Part shown: piece after piece, positions 49,715 to 60,139 of the stretch | Position numbering within the stretch: position 1 is the first letter of the stretch | Layout: each line of letters starts with the position of its first letter | Assembly (NCBI GenBank): GCA_965223855.1 | Contig: CBDCXM010000002.1 | Coordinates: 64,001 to 128,000 of the forward strand | Reading direction: 5' to 3' | DNA: 64,000 nt | From: Candidatus Multivoradales bacterium | GTDB taxonomy: Bacteria > Acidobacteriota > Thermoanaerobaculia > Multivoradales > JAHEKO01 | Position numbers and translations under genes: made by a program | The notes under the pieces: model-generated | Databases searched by the model: none | What the model was told of the DNA's origin: nothing | The model's input: the letters and a program-made list of their open reading frames with translations, nothing else

Positions 49715-51730
49715 ATGCGACGCGATTCCCCGAGTCGAGCCCTGGTCCGGGTCCTGGCGGCGGCAGGCTGTGCCGTGGCCTTGGCTGCTCTGGCGCTGAC
49801 CGCCGGGGCGGCGCAGTCACCCGGAACGCAGCCTGCTGAGGCCGAGACGGAGCCTGCGCGCGATGGCAGTCCGGCGGCCGGCCTGCAACCGACGGTCGAT
49901 CCGGCGGCGGTCGAGGCGGCCGACCGGCTGCTCGAGGGGGTCGATCGAGGGCGGCGCGATTTCGAGGTGCAGGCGCTGTTCGCGAGCGGCACGGAGGCCG
50001 CCGCCGAAGACGGACGGGTCCAGATCGGAATCGAGGTCAGAGTCGCGGTACCGCCTCACTGGCAGCAGGGAAGAGCCGTGCGCGTCGTTCTCGTCGCCTA
50101 TCCCCTCGATGAAGACCCGGAGGTCTTCGAGGAGCAGGTGGTCCTGGGAGACGTCGGAGCGGCCGCCTGGTGGGTCTACCGCCGAACCGTGACCCTTTCG
50201 GAGGAGTTCCTCGAGGCGGTCGTGACCGTGGAGGATCCCCAGGCCCGCCTCGCGGCGACCTCCTCGGTCGGCTATGCGACGGTCGCTGCGTCACAGCCCC
50301 GGACCGAGACGGTCGTCGATGTCCTTGAGGCGCCGACGCCGCCCGCGCGGCAGCAGCCGCGGGTCTCGCTGGTGCGCCTGGTGGCCCCACCCGGAGGGCC
50401 GCATACCGGTCGCATTCGCCTTCGTACCCTGTTGAGCTCGGATGCCGTCGATGCCGTCCGCTTCGAGGTCGACGGTGAGTCGGTCACGACCGACGATCGG
50501 CGCCCCTTCAACTACGAGATCGACCTGGGTGCCGAGGTGAGGTCGAGGGAGGTCGTCGCGGTCGCACTTTCGGCGTCCGGGCGCGAGCTGGGCCGAGACC
50601 GGATCCTGCTGAATCCGGAGGTCGAGCTCTTCGATGTGCGCCTTACCGGGCTTCTCGAAGGGGAGGGTGGCGTGGTGGCCGCCGCCGCGGTGACGGTGCC
50701 GCGGGACGGGCAGCTCGAGCGGGTCGAGTTCTACCGCAACGAGGATCTCATCGAGACGCTGCGGGAGGAGCCTTTCGAGAGCACGGTTTCGCCAGGGCCG
50801 CTCGATAGTGACGACTACGTGAGAGTGGTCGCCTTCCTCGAGGGCGGCGAGTGGCTGGAGGACGTCGTGCTGGCGAACGCGGCCCACGCGGCCGCCGAAG
50901 TCGACGTCAACCTGGTCGAGGTCTACGCCGTGGCGACGGATCGCTCCGGAGAGCCGCTGACCGATCTTTCCCGGTCGGACTTCGTCGTCCGCCTCGGAGG
51001 TCGGCGTGTCGAGATCGAGCGGTTCGAGCGAGCGGTCGAGGTGCCGCTGTCGCTGGGGCTGGTGCTCGACACGTCGGGGAGCATGCTCGCTCTCATGCCC
51101 GACGCGAAGCAGGCCGGAGCGCGATTCCTCGACGCCGTTCTCCAGGAAGGCGACCAGGCGTTCCTGGTCGATTTCGACACCCGACCGCGACTGGCTCATC
51201 CGATGACTTCGGACATCGGATCGCTGTTGCGGCGTTTCGGCACGCTCATTCCCGAGGGCAACACGGCGCTCTACGACGCGGTCGTCTTCAGCTGTCTGCA
51301 GTTCGAGGGAAGTCGGGGCCGGCGGGCGCTGGTGGTCCTCACCGACGGGCAGGCGTTCGGCGGCCAATTCGGCGCTCGCGAATCGGTGCGCCATGCCCTC
51401 AGTCAAGCCCTGCCGATCTACGTGATCGACCTCAGCGGTGTGTTCGGCGGGACCGGCCAGTCGAAGCTGTCCCTCATCGGCCTGACCAAGGCGACGGGAG
51501 GCCAGGTCTTCACCGTGCCGCCGGTCGATCCGCTGAAACAGGACTACGACAAGGTACGCGAGAACCTCGAGCAGGCGTACGACCGGATTCACCGCGAACT
51601 GCGAGGCCAGTACGTCCTCGCCTTCTCGACCGAGTCGGCTCTCTCGGTCGAGGAACTCGAGAAGATCGAGGTCGATGTGCGCCGTCCCAGAGTCAAGGTG
51701 CGGCGGGTCGTCGGTACGACGCTGCGTTGA
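49715..51730 (+). CDS. Secreted Ig-like plus VWA domain protein (Acidobacterial VWFA-related)
   Basis: VDVNLVEVY, DTSGSM (MIDAS), TALYDA, LTDG and ELRGQYVL motifs. Confidence 0.85.
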   Translation: MRRDSPSRALVRVLAAAGCAVALAALALTAGAAQSPGTQPAEAETEPARDGSPAAGLQPTVDPAAVEAADRLLEGVDRGRRDFEVQALFASGTEAAAEDGRVQIGIEVRVAVPPHWQQGRAVRVVLVAYPLDEDPEVFEEQVVLGDVGAAAWWVYRRTVTLSEEFLEAVVTVEDPQARLAATSSVGYATVAASQPRTETVVDVLEAPTPPARQQPRVSLVRLVAPPGGPHTGRIRLRTLLSSDAVDAVRFEVDGESVTTDDRRPFNYEIDLGAEVRSREVVAVALSASGRELGRDRILLNPEVELFDVRLTGLLEGEGGVVAAAAVTVPRDGQLERVEFYRNEDLIETLREEPFESTVSPGPLDSDDYVRVVAFLEGGEWLEDVVLANAAHAAAEVDVNLVEVYAVATDRSGEPLTDLSRSDFVVRLGGRRVEIERFERAVEVPLSLGLVLDTSGSMLALMPDAKQAGARFLDAVLQEGDQAFLVDFDTRPRLAHPMTSDIGSLLRRFGTLIPEGNTALYDAVVFSCLQFEGSRGRRALVVLTDGQAFGGQFGARESVRHALSQALPIYVIDLSGVFGGTGQSKLSLIGLTKATGGQVFTVPPVDPLKQDYDKVRENLEQAYDRIHRELRGQYVLAFSTESALSVEELEKIEVDVRRPRVKVRRVVGTTLR

Positions 51731-52536
51731 CGTACGAGGCTCTCTTCCGCGCTCCCGGCGCTCGACACGGCGAGCTGGTGGCAGAACTGTGGGTGGCCGG
51801 CACCCTCGGTGTCGAGGAACGCGGTGACGAGGTGCACGCCTACTTCGAGCGTCCCCCGGCCGACCTCGAGGCACTCGCCGGGAGGGCGGGCGCAATCCTG
51901 CTGAGGGTGGGAGAAGTGCACGACCGCGACTGGATCGCGGAGTATCGGCGCCGCGTGCGGCCGCTCGAGATCGGCCCCTTCTGGATCGACCCCCGGGAGC
52001 CCGGCGAGGAGGCGGCCCCCGACGGCATGTTGCCGCTGCGTGTGCCCGCTCGCAATGCTTTCGGCACCGGCAGTCACGCTTCGACGGCGCTCGTGCTCGA
52101 CTGGCTGCCGCGACTGGGCGTCTCCGGCCTGAGAGTCGTCGATGTCGGTTGCGGCTCCGGCATCCTCTCCTTCGCCGCGCTCGAGCTCGGAGCGGCGATG
52201 GCGGTCGGCCTCGACCTCGACGTCGGTTCGGCCGTGACGGCAAGCCTCTACACCTCCCTCAATCGGCATCGCCCTTCCTGGCTCGCCGCTACCGCCGGCG
52301 CGCTCGACGCCACCTTCGACCTTGCCCTCGTCAACATCCTGCCGGAACGGTGGCTCGATCAGGCCGGCGAGGTAGTCCGTCTGGTGCGTCCGGGCGGCGG
52401 TCTCGTCACCTCGGGACTGCTCACCGAGCAGGCCGGCGAAGTCGGGGATCGGCTCGCAGAACACGGCCTGCTCATGCTGGAACAACGTGACCGCGAGGAA
52501 TGGTCGGCGCTCCTGCTGGTGCAGCCCGGCTCCTGA
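51727..52536 (+). CDS. prmA: Ribosomal protein L11 methyltransferase
   Basis: AFGTGSHAST, DVGCGSGILS, NIL and SGLL motifs; TTGA overlap start. Confidence 0.85.
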   Translation: MTYEALFRAPGARHGELVAELWVAGTLGVEERGDEVHAYFERPPADLEALAGRAGAILLRVGEVHDRDWIAEYRRRVRPLEIGPFWIDPREPGEEAAPDGMLPLRVPARNAFGTGSHASTALVLDWLPRLGVSGLRVVDVGCGSGILSFAALELGAAMAVGLDLDVGSAVTASLYTSLNRHRPSWLAATAGALDATFDLALVNILPERWLDQAGEVVRLVRPGGGLVTSGLLTEQAGEVGDRLAEHGLLMLEQRDREEWSALLLVQPGS

Positions 52537-52914
52537 GGGGTGGTATCGAACGCGCGCTCACTCGGGCGCGTCCAGAGGGTGCTCAGGACCGACACCCCGC
52601 GAGGAACTCCTGGTCGCAGGATCCACGTTCGCTTTCCAGGTAGTCCGCATGAACCGGCATCTCTTGCCGTACGACTGGAACCGGCTGAGCCAGCGATTCT
52701 TCGGTAGGTAGGCGGGCGCCAGCCCACGGGCAAGGAGATTCGTCCGCGGTGCTGCCGCTCCGACGTCCCCTGCCTACCTGGAAGCCTTTCGCGCAGAGCT
52801 CCGGCCAAGGGAAGACGGCGCCTCTTCGGGAGGGAGTCGCAGTCGATCGTGTAGGGCGCACCGGTTCGCCCGAACCGGAGGCGAAGCGGTCGAGACGTTC
52901 CGGTTGTCAGGTCG

Positions 52915-54795
52915 TCAGGGAATGACGTTCGACCAGGCGCTGGTGTCGCCGGACTCGAAGCCGTCCTCGAAGATCTCGGCCGCGATGTCGACCATCGCCA
53001 TCGTCGTCTCCATGTCGTGCGGCGACGAGCGGTCGATGTTCTCCCACAGCCAGTAGAGGTACTCTCCGCGGCTGCGCTCGCCGGGGTCGAGCCCGATCGG
53101 CCAGCTCCATCCGGGCGAGCGGGTGATGCAGTCGTCGTCGAAGTTCTGGACGACGGCCTCGTTCTGCAGGAACTCGATGTACTCCTTGCTCGAGTTCTGG
53201 AACCGCAGTTCGACCGACACGGTCAGAGGACTGGCGGCGTCGCCCGGCAGCGGGATCGAGTAGTTGGTGATGTCGTAGTTGACGAGAACGCCGGAGCCGG
53301 GACTCGTTTCCGGGTAGGTGTATCCGACCGGCTGGGTTTCGAGATCGTCGCCACCCGTGAAGCCTAGCGGCGGGATTCGGTTGTCGAGCTTGATGCAGTC
53401 GTTGAGCACGAAGTGAAACTGTTCGACCCCCGAAGGATTGGTGTGGTCGCAGGTGTTCATGCCGTTGGCGTTCCAGATGCCGCGCTGGGTCTCGTAGACC
53501 TTGACGTCGGAGTCACGGGTGAGCTCGCCGGTCGACGGGTCGTAGGCACCGCTCTCGTAGATCAGGTCGTTGTCGTCGCCGCGGACCTCGACATGGATCC
53601 ACATCCGCCGCCCTTCGACGTAGCCGGTCGGCAGCTTGTGGCCGCTCAGGTTGGTGACCTTGACTTCGAGGTCGAGCGTGCCGCCGGGGGAGATCGCCGG
53701 CGGGGCCGTGAGTTCGAGGCTGGCGGCGCTCTCGAGCATCGCCTCGGCGCGGGCGATGGTGTCGGTGAAACCCGTACCGTTGTCGATCGTGGCGCCGTAC
53801 TGGTCCTCCAGCAGCGCCGGCACCCACGTGTTTCCGCCGACGAAATGGTGCTGCGGCATGTCGCCGGCGCGATCGATGTTCTCGAAGATGCAGGCGTAGG
53901 AATCGGGGTCCGTGGCGTCCGGCATGTGACAGTTCTGACAGGTCGCCTCCGCGCTGCCGCCGATCCGGTATTCGCTCTGATCCCACTCGTTGTAGGTGCG
54001 CTCGATCGGGTAGAGGATCCCGGTGTCGACGCCGCTCTCGTCGATCAGGGTGAGGACCGGGTTGGTCACGTTGTGACAGGTGGCGCAGATCTGCGAACCC
54101 TCGTGGTAGGCGGAATACGCCCACTCGTGCGGGGGCTCCGGCGGACTGGCGTAGTCGTAGGGGCCGTGGCGACACGGCTCGCTGCCGCCGGGACAGACCT
54201 CGTCGTCGATCCAGTACTCGGCGTTCTCGAGGTAGTTCCCTTCCTCGCCGGGCGGCGGTGAGTCGTTGATCACCATCCGATGGCAGAGGTGACAGGTCAC
54301 CCCCTCGAAGTCGTTGGCGGTCGTCTCGTCGATGTTGCCGACGAGGCCGCAGCCGTCGGCGTCACCGACGCCGATCACCATGCCGCCCTTGTCGGTCTCC
54401 GCACTTGCCCTACCGTCGAGCCAGGCCTTCGGAGCGTGGCAGCGCAGGCAGTATTCGCCGATTCCGGGAAGATCGGCGTTGGCGACGTCGAGGGCCGCCC
54501 AGAAGACCGGATCGCGAGTGGAGTTGGCCATCATCGACCCCGACCAGGTATTGAAGGGCTCGACGTCGTCCTTCTCGTAGTCGCCGTGACAGTTGCGGCA
54601 GAAGCCGGGGGCGGTGTACGCGTACTCGATCTCGAAGGTCAGATCGCCGGGCTGGGTCGCCCTGGGCGTGAAGGGGCCGGCGTCCGCCAGTGCCGACCAG
54701 CCGAGGACGGCGAAGAGGCCGCACAGCACCCCGAGGGCCCATGATCTGAGGATGGAACGGTGCCGTGAGCGACCTGAGTGCGATGCGTGCTGCAA
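52915..54795 (-). CDS. Secreted pentaheme cytochrome c with C-terminal DGFESGD tail
   Basis: CRNCH, CLRCH, CHLCH, CATCH, CQNCH; GHKLPTG; ends IFEDGFESGDTSAWSNVIP. Confidence 0.9.
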   Translation of the reverse strand: MQHASHSGRSRHRSILRSWALGVLCGLFAVLGWSALADAGPFTPRATQPGDLTFEIEYAYTAPGFCRNCHGDYEKDDVEPFNTWSGSMMANSTRDPVFWAALDVANADLPGIGEYCLRCHAPKAWLDGRASAETDKGGMVIGVGDADGCGLVGNIDETTANDFEGVTCHLCHRMVINDSPPPGEEGNYLENAEYWIDDEVCPGGSEPCRHGPYDYASPPEPPHEWAYSAYHEGSQICATCHNVTNPVLTLIDESGVDTGILYPIERTYNEWDQSEYRIGGSAEATCQNCHMPDATDPDSYACIFENIDRAGDMPQHHFVGGNTWVPALLEDQYGATIDNGTGFTDTIARAEAMLESAASLELTAPPAISPGGTLDLEVKVTNLSGHKLPTGYVEGRRMWIHVEVRGDDNDLIYESGAYDPSTGELTRDSDVKVYETQRGIWNANGMNTCDHTNPSGVEQFHFVLNDCIKLDNRIPPLGFTGGDDLETQPVGYTYPETSPGSGVLVNYDITNYSIPLPGDAASPLTVSVELRFQNSSKEYIEFLQNEAVVQNFDDDCITRSPGWSWPIGLDPGERSRGEYLYWLWENIDRSSPHDMETTMAMVDIAAEIFEDGFESGDTSAWSNVIP

Positions 54796-54850
54796 TGGAA
54801 TCCCCTCCCGAAAGGGTTCGAGCCGAATGCCGGGAGGATAGCATCCGGCG

Positions 54851-55663
54851 GTGAGCGAGGATGTGACGACGGTCGCGAGGCGGGCGCTGATCCTCGCCGC
54901 CGGCCGCGGTTCGCGGATGAGCCGTGCGGACCCGGCGGCTCGCTTGACGACGCCTCAGCGTCGCGCCGCAGCCCTCGGTCTCAAAGGGCTGATGCCGGTG
55001 GCGGGCCTGCCGCTGCTCGAACACGCCGCACGACGCCTCGAGGCGGCGGGCATGGAGAGCCTGGCCCTCGTCATCCCGCCTTCGGGCGACGATCTGCGGC
55101 GCTGGGCGCAGGGGCGCCCGACTCCGATCGAGATCGTCGAGCAGGAAGAGCCGCGCGGCACCGCCGACGCCGTCTGTCGTGGCGAGGAGTTCGCAGACGG
55201 CGAGCCGTTCCTCGTCGTCAACAGCGACAACCTCTATCCGACCGAGGCACTCCGAACTCTGGCGGCTGCGACGCCACAGGCCGTCGTCGTCGTCGAGCGG
55301 CGTCGCGCCATAGAGGAAGGCTGGTTCGATGCCGCCAGGCTCGCGGACTTCGCCCTCGTCGAGCTCGGGGGCGACGGCGTGGTGCGATCGATCGTCGAGA
55401 AGCCCGGGCTCGAGACCCTTCTCGACGCTCCCGACCCTGCCTACTCGAGTGTTAACGCGTGGCGGTTCGAGAGCCCGATCTTCGAGCACTGCCGAGCCAT
55501 CGGTCCTTCGCCACGGGGTGAGTACGAGCTCCCTGATGCGGTCGCGCGTGCGATGGCTCACGGCGAAGTCTTCCGGGTCGTGCCGACGACCGGAATCGTC
55601 GCCGATCTCTCGACGAGGAGCGACGTTGCGAGGGTCGAGCGCCAACTCAGTGGGGATCTGTAG
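54851..55663 (+). CDS. Sugar-1-phosphate nucleotidyltransferase
   Basis: LAAGRGSRM, QEEPRGTADA, NSDN, VEKP and RGEYEL motifs. Confidence 0.85.
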   Translation: MSEDVTTVARRALILAAGRGSRMSRADPAARLTTPQRRAAALGLKGLMPVAGLPLLEHAARRLEAAGMESLALVIPPSGDDLRRWAQGRPTPIEIVEQEEPRGTADAVCRGEEFADGEPFLVVNSDNLYPTEALRTLAAATPQAVVVVERRRAIEEGWFDAARLADFALVELGGDGVVRSIVEKPGLETLLDAPDPAYSSVNAWRFESPIFEHCRAIGPSPRGEYELPDAVARAMAHGEVFRVVPTTGIVADLSTRSDVARVERQLSGDL

Positions 55664-57060
55664 TGCGGCCGAGACCGCTCCAGGATTGGATCGCAGCACC
55701 GCAGTGGCGAGGCGCCGCCCTCGGCCTCCGCGACCTCGGCAGTCGAGGGCCGGCGGCGGCTCTGTGGGTCCCTGGACGGGTCGAACTCTTCGGCAAGCAC
55801 ACCGACTACGCAGGCGGCGCGAGCCTGGCGACGGCGATCGCTCATGGTCTGCGAGTCCTCGTGACGGCAGGGGACGACGATCTCTGGGCGTGGTGGTCCA
55901 GGGAGGCCGGCAACGGCGGAGACCTTGCCGAGTTCGACCCGAGGCGGCCGAGGGTGCGCCACGGAGACTGGCGCGACTACCTGAGTGTGACGCTCGATCG
56001 ACTGGAGCGAGACGGTGGTGTTCGGGCAGGGGGCGTCACGGTGGCGATGACGAGCGACCTCCCGGCGGCGGCGGGGCTCAGCAGCTCGAGCGCGCTGGTG
56101 GTCGCCGCCTTCATGGTCGCGATGGCTACCGCCGTCGACGCCGCTCCGGGACCGTGGGCCGATAGCTGGCGGCGACGCGCCGCCTGGCTGGGAGCGGTCG
56201 AGAGCGGCCGGGCGTGGAGGCGCTCGCGGCCCGGTTCTGACAGTGCGGCCCCGGACAGCGAGAGTGCCTCCGGCGGGGGAGTGGGAACGAGGGGCGGCTG
56301 CCAGGATCACGCCGCGATCCTCGGCGCGGAGCCGAACCACGTCCTGCATCTGCGCTTCGGAACCGAGCTCGAGGCCGAGGCCGTGCCGGTGCCCGGCGAC
56401 TGGGTGTTGCTCGTCGGTGTGTCCGGTGTCGTGGCCCACAAGGCAGCGGGGGCGCGCGACGCGTTCAATGCCCTGTCACGCAGTAGCAGTGAGCTGGTCG
56501 AGCTGTGGTCGAGTGTCGGGAGACCTTCGGAGCGTCGGGGACCGACCGCCCTGCCATCGCTCGGCGGGATTCTCGAGAGCGGCACCGGCCCCCCGACGAT
56601 GGAGAAGCTGCTGGCGGCACTCTCGGAGGCGAGGAGAGGCGCTCTCTCCGCGCGGTGGCGCCACTTCGCCGCCGAGAGCGGCGAGATCGTGCCCGAAGCC
56701 GTCGGGGCGCTGCGACGGGGTGACTCCGAGGAGCTGGGTCGGCTGGCTCGGGAGTCGCAGCGGCTGGCCGAGGAGCTCCTCGGCAATCAGGTGGCGGAGA
56801 CCAGCTCCCTCGCCCGTCTCGCTGGCGAGGCCGGAGCGTTCGCCGCGTCTGCCTTCGGAGCGGGTTTCGGGGGCGCTGTCTGGGCGCTCGCCGATCGAAG
56901 GGAAGCGAAGGCGGTGCTGGAGCGCTGGCGTGAGACGTATCTGTCGGCGTGGCCGCAGCACCGGTCGCGGGCACGGTTCTTCGAGACCGATCTCGCTGCC
57001 GGCGCTCGCTGGGTGGAGGAGGAGTTCATGGACACCGGTACCCGGGAGGAAGAGGCATGA
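55663..57060 (+). CDS. Galactokinase-like GHMP sugar kinase (divergent)
   Basis: PGRVELFGKHTDY, GLSSSSA and GAGFGG motifs. Confidence 0.85.
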   Translation: MRPRPLQDWIAAPQWRGAALGLRDLGSRGPAAALWVPGRVELFGKHTDYAGGASLATAIAHGLRVLVTAGDDDLWAWWSREAGNGGDLAEFDPRRPRVRHGDWRDYLSVTLDRLERDGGVRAGGVTVAMTSDLPAAAGLSSSSALVVAAFMVAMATAVDAAPGPWADSWRRRAAWLGAVESGRAWRRSRPGSDSAAPDSESASGGGVGTRGGCQDHAAILGAEPNHVLHLRFGTELEAEAVPVPGDWVLLVGVSGVVAHKAAGARDAFNALSRSSSELVELWSSVGRPSERRGPTALPSLGGILESGTGPPTMEKLLAALSEARRGALSARWRHFAAESGEIVPEAVGALRRGDSEELGRLARESQRLAEELLGNQVAETSSLARLAGEAGAFAASAFGAGFGGAVWALADRREAKAVLERWRETYLSAWPQHRSRARFFETDLAAGARWVEEEFMDTGTREEEA

Positions 57061-58802
57061 GACTGACCGTGCTGGACTGGTGGGTGCTGGGTGGCTATTT
57101 TGCCCTCACCCTGTCGATCGGCCTCGTCGCCGCCCGCAGGGCGGGGCGCTCCGCGGGTGACTTCTTCCTCTCCGGGCGCAGCATGCCGTGGTGGCTCCTG
57201 GGCATCTCGATGGTCGCCACGACCTTCTCGACCGACACCCCGAACCTGGTCGCCGACATCACCCGCCAGCACGGCGTCGGCGGCAACTGGGTGTGGTGGG
57301 CGTTCCTGCTCACCGGGATGCTGACCGCCTTCGTCTACGCCGCGCTGTGGCGCCGCAGCGGCGTGACCACCGACCTGGAGTTCTACGAGCTGCGCTACGG
57401 CGGCCGGCCGGCCGCGTTTCTGCGCGGTTTCCGCGCCTTCTACCTCGGGGTGATCTTCAACATTCTTGCGATGGGGCTGGTGACGCTGGCGGCGATCAAG
57501 ATCGGCGCGGTGCTCTTCGGTGTGCGCCCGCTCACGACGGTCCTCGTCGCCGGCTCGGTGACCGTGCTGTTGAGCGCGGCAGGCGGACTGCGGTCGGTCA
57601 TCCTCACCGATCTGCTGCTCTTCGGTGTCGCCATGACCGGCGCGGTCGTGGCCGCCGTCTCGGCGGTGCGCCACCCCGATGTCGGCGGGCTGGCGGCCCT
57701 CGCCGCGCATCCCGAGGTGGCGGCACGAGCCGCCCTGGTGCCCGACTGGACCGATCCGGCGGCGTTCGTACCGCTCCTGGTCGTCCCGCTGGCAGTGCAG
57801 TGGTGGGCCACCTGGTATCCGGGTGCGGAGCCCGGCGGGGGCGGCTACGTCGCCCAGCGGATGCTGGCGGCGAAGGACGAGCGCCACGCGGTCGGCGCCA
57901 CGGTGCTGTTCAACGCCGCCCACTACGCGCTTCGACCGTGGCCGTGGATCCTGGTCGCCCTGGCCTCGCTCGTCGTCTTTCCCGACCTCGACTCGCTGGC
58001 GGCTGCCTTTCCCCACGTAGAGGAGTCGGTGCTCGGGCACGACCTCGCCTATCCGGCCATGCTGACCTTCGTCCCGGCCGGCTGGCTCGGTCTGGTCGTC
58101 GGCTCGCTCGCCGCCGCCTACATGTCGACCATTTCGACCCATCTGAACTGGGGAGCCTCCTACCTCGTCTACGACGTCTACCGGCGGTTCTGGCGTCCGG
58201 AGGCGGGAGAGCGCGAACTGGTCGCGGTGGGTCGGCTGTCGACGATCGGTCTCATGGTCGGCGCGGCGCTCGCCGCTCTGTTGCTCGAGAACGCTCTCCA
58301 GGCCTTCACGATCCTGCTGCAGATCGGCGCCGGCACCGGATTGCTCTTCCTGCTGAGGTGGTTCTGGCGACGGATCAACGCCTGGAGCGAGATCAGCGCG
58401 ATGGCGGCCTCGGTCGTCGTCGCGATCGGCTTCGCCTTCGACGATCTCGGTCTTGCGGGTTGGCAGCAGCTCGTCGTCGGGGTGGCCGTGACGACGGCGT
58501 CCTGGCTTGCCGTGACCTTCCTCACGGCGCCAACCGAGCGGGCCGTGCTCGAGCGCTTCGAGCGGGTGACCCGAAGCCGGCAGGGCGGGGGCATCGCCCT
58601 CGGCATCGCCTGCATGGCAACGGGCAGCTCGGCGATCTACTCGCTGCTCTTCGCGACCGGGTCGTGGCTGCTCGGTCACACCTCGCGCGCCATGCTCTTC
58701 TGCGCCGTCGCAGTGGCCTCTTCGATTGCGCTGGTCGCGCTCTGGCGTAGGCTTGGGCTCACAACGGCCAGGGAGAACACGCATGTCCCAGAGCAGTCGT
58801 AG
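57057..58802 (+). CDS. Sodium:solute symporter
   Basis: FFLSGRSMPWW, SMVATTFSTDTP, QRMLAAKDE and AAYMST motifs. Confidence 0.9.
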   Translation: MRLTVLDWWVLGGYFALTLSIGLVAARRAGRSAGDFFLSGRSMPWWLLGISMVATTFSTDTPNLVADITRQHGVGGNWVWWAFLLTGMLTAFVYAALWRRSGVTTDLEFYELRYGGRPAAFLRGFRAFYLGVIFNILAMGLVTLAAIKIGAVLFGVRPLTTVLVAGSVTVLLSAAGGLRSVILTDLLLFGVAMTGAVVAAVSAVRHPDVGGLAALAAHPEVAARAALVPDWTDPAAFVPLLVVPLAVQWWATWYPGAEPGGGGYVAQRMLAAKDERHAVGATVLFNAAHYALRPWPWILVALASLVVFPDLDSLAAAFPHVEESVLGHDLAYPAMLTFVPAGWLGLVVGSLAAAYMSTISTHLNWGASYLVYDVYRRFWRPEAGERELVAVGRLSTIGLMVGAALAALLLENALQAFTILLQIGAGTGLLFLLRWFWRRINAWSEISAMAASVVVAIGFAFDDLGLAGWQQLVVGVAVTTASWLAVTFLTAPTERAVLERFERVTRSRQGGGIALGIACMATGSSAIYSLLFATGSWLLGHTSRAMLFCAVAVASSIALVALWRRLGLTTARENTHVPEQS

Positions 58803-60132
58803 GGAGTTCCTCACTCGCGTCGCAGGGGCGGGCCTCGGATTGGCGGCGGCGCAGCGGGCCTATGCCGCGCCCCGCGGCAGCCGGGCCGCGGCCGCCTATC
58901 GACCGCCGGAGGGCTTCGCGGCCCCACCGCTCGACGTGCTGCGGGTCGCCTTCGTCGGGGTCGGCCTTCAGGGGGGTAACCACGTGCGCAACTTCGTGAG
59001 GATCCCCGGTGTCGAGGTCGTGGCGATCTGCGACATCGACGGTCCGCGCGCCGCGGAGGTCGGCCACTGGGTCGTCGAAGCAGGCCAGCGAGCCCCGGAT
59101 CTCTACACGCGCGGCGAGGAAGACTACCGCCGTGTGTGCGAGCGCGCCGACGTCGATCTGGTCTTCAACTCGACCCCCTGGCGCTGGCACGTCCCGATCT
59201 GCCTCGAGGCGCTCGAGAGCGGCAAGCACACTGCCGTCGAGGTGCCCGCCGCCTACACCGTCGACGACTGCTGGGAACTCGTCGAGGCGGCCGAGCGGAC
59301 GCGCCGTCACTGCGTGATGATGGAGAACTGCAACTACGGCCGGGCGGAGATGATGGTGCTCAACATGGTCCGCCAGGGCCTCTTTGGCGAGCTGCTCCAC
59401 GCCGAGGGTGCGTACATCCACGATCTGCGCGAGATCAAGTTCTCCGACGCCAACGAGGGTTTGTGGCGGCTGCGCCACTCGCGCAAGCGCAACGGCAACC
59501 TCTACCCGACGCACGGGCTCGGACCGCTGGCGCAGTGCCTCGACATCAACCGCGGCGATCAGTTCGAGGTGCTCACCTCCATGAGTTCGAACGCGCGGGG
59601 GCTCGAGCTCTACGCCCGAGAGAACCTGGAGCCCGGCGACCCGCGGCGCCGCGCCTACGAGCTCGGCGACATGAACACCAGCCTGATCCGTACCCGCCTC
59701 GGGCGGACCATCGTCCTGCAGCACGACACCACCACGCCGCGCCCGTACAGTCGAAACCACCTCGTTCAGGGGACCCGCGGCTGCTTCCGCGGCTACCCCG
59801 ACCGGATCTTCATCGAGGGGCGCAGCGCAGATCACGAGTGGGAGGACGCCGACACCTACCGCGACGAGTTCGAGCACCCGCTGTGGCGGCGCCTCGAGCG
59901 GGAGGCCGAAGAGGGGAGCCACGACGGCATGGACTACCTCGAGGACGCGCGGCTGGTCGAGTGCCTGCTCGCGGGTAAGCCGACCGACATGGATGTCTAC
60001 GATGCTGCGGCGCTTTCGGCGGTGATCGAGATCAGCGAGAGGTCGGTCGCGGCGGGGGGCAAGCCGATCGAGATCCCGGACTTCACTCGCGGTCGGTGGC
60101 AGGAGAACCTGCCGCTCGAGATCGTCTCCTAG
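58783..60132 (+). CDS. Tat-exported GH109 NAD+-dependent alpha-N-acetylgalactosaminidase-like enzyme
   Basis: SRREFL Tat motif; TPW.WH, EVP, ENCNY, YPTHGLGP and HDGMD motifs. Confidence 0.9.
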   Translation: MSQSSRREFLTRVAGAGLGLAAAQRAYAAPRGSRAAAAYRPPEGFAAPPLDVLRVAFVGVGLQGGNHVRNFVRIPGVEVVAICDIDGPRAAEVGHWVVEAGQRAPDLYTRGEEDYRRVCERADVDLVFNSTPWRWHVPICLEALESGKHTAVEVPAAYTVDDCWELVEAAERTRRHCVMMENCNYGRAEMMVLNMVRQGLFGELLHAEGAYIHDLREIKFSDANEGLWRLRHSRKRNGNLYPTHGLGPLAQCLDINRGDQFEVLTSMSSNARGLELYARENLEPGDPRRRAYELGDMNTSLIRTRLGRTIVLQHDTTTPRPYSRNHLVQGTRGCFRGYPDRIFIEGRSADHEWEDADTYRDEFEHPLWRRLEREAEEGSHDGMDYLEDARLVECLLAGKPTDMDVYDAAALSAVIEISERSVAAGGKPIEIPDFTRGRWQENLPLEIVS

Positions 60133-60139
60133 CTTCAGC

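Noticed and set aside
52540-52910. Short ORFs between prmA and the pentaheme cytochrome
   Set aside because: No motifs, start signals or typical codon bias.
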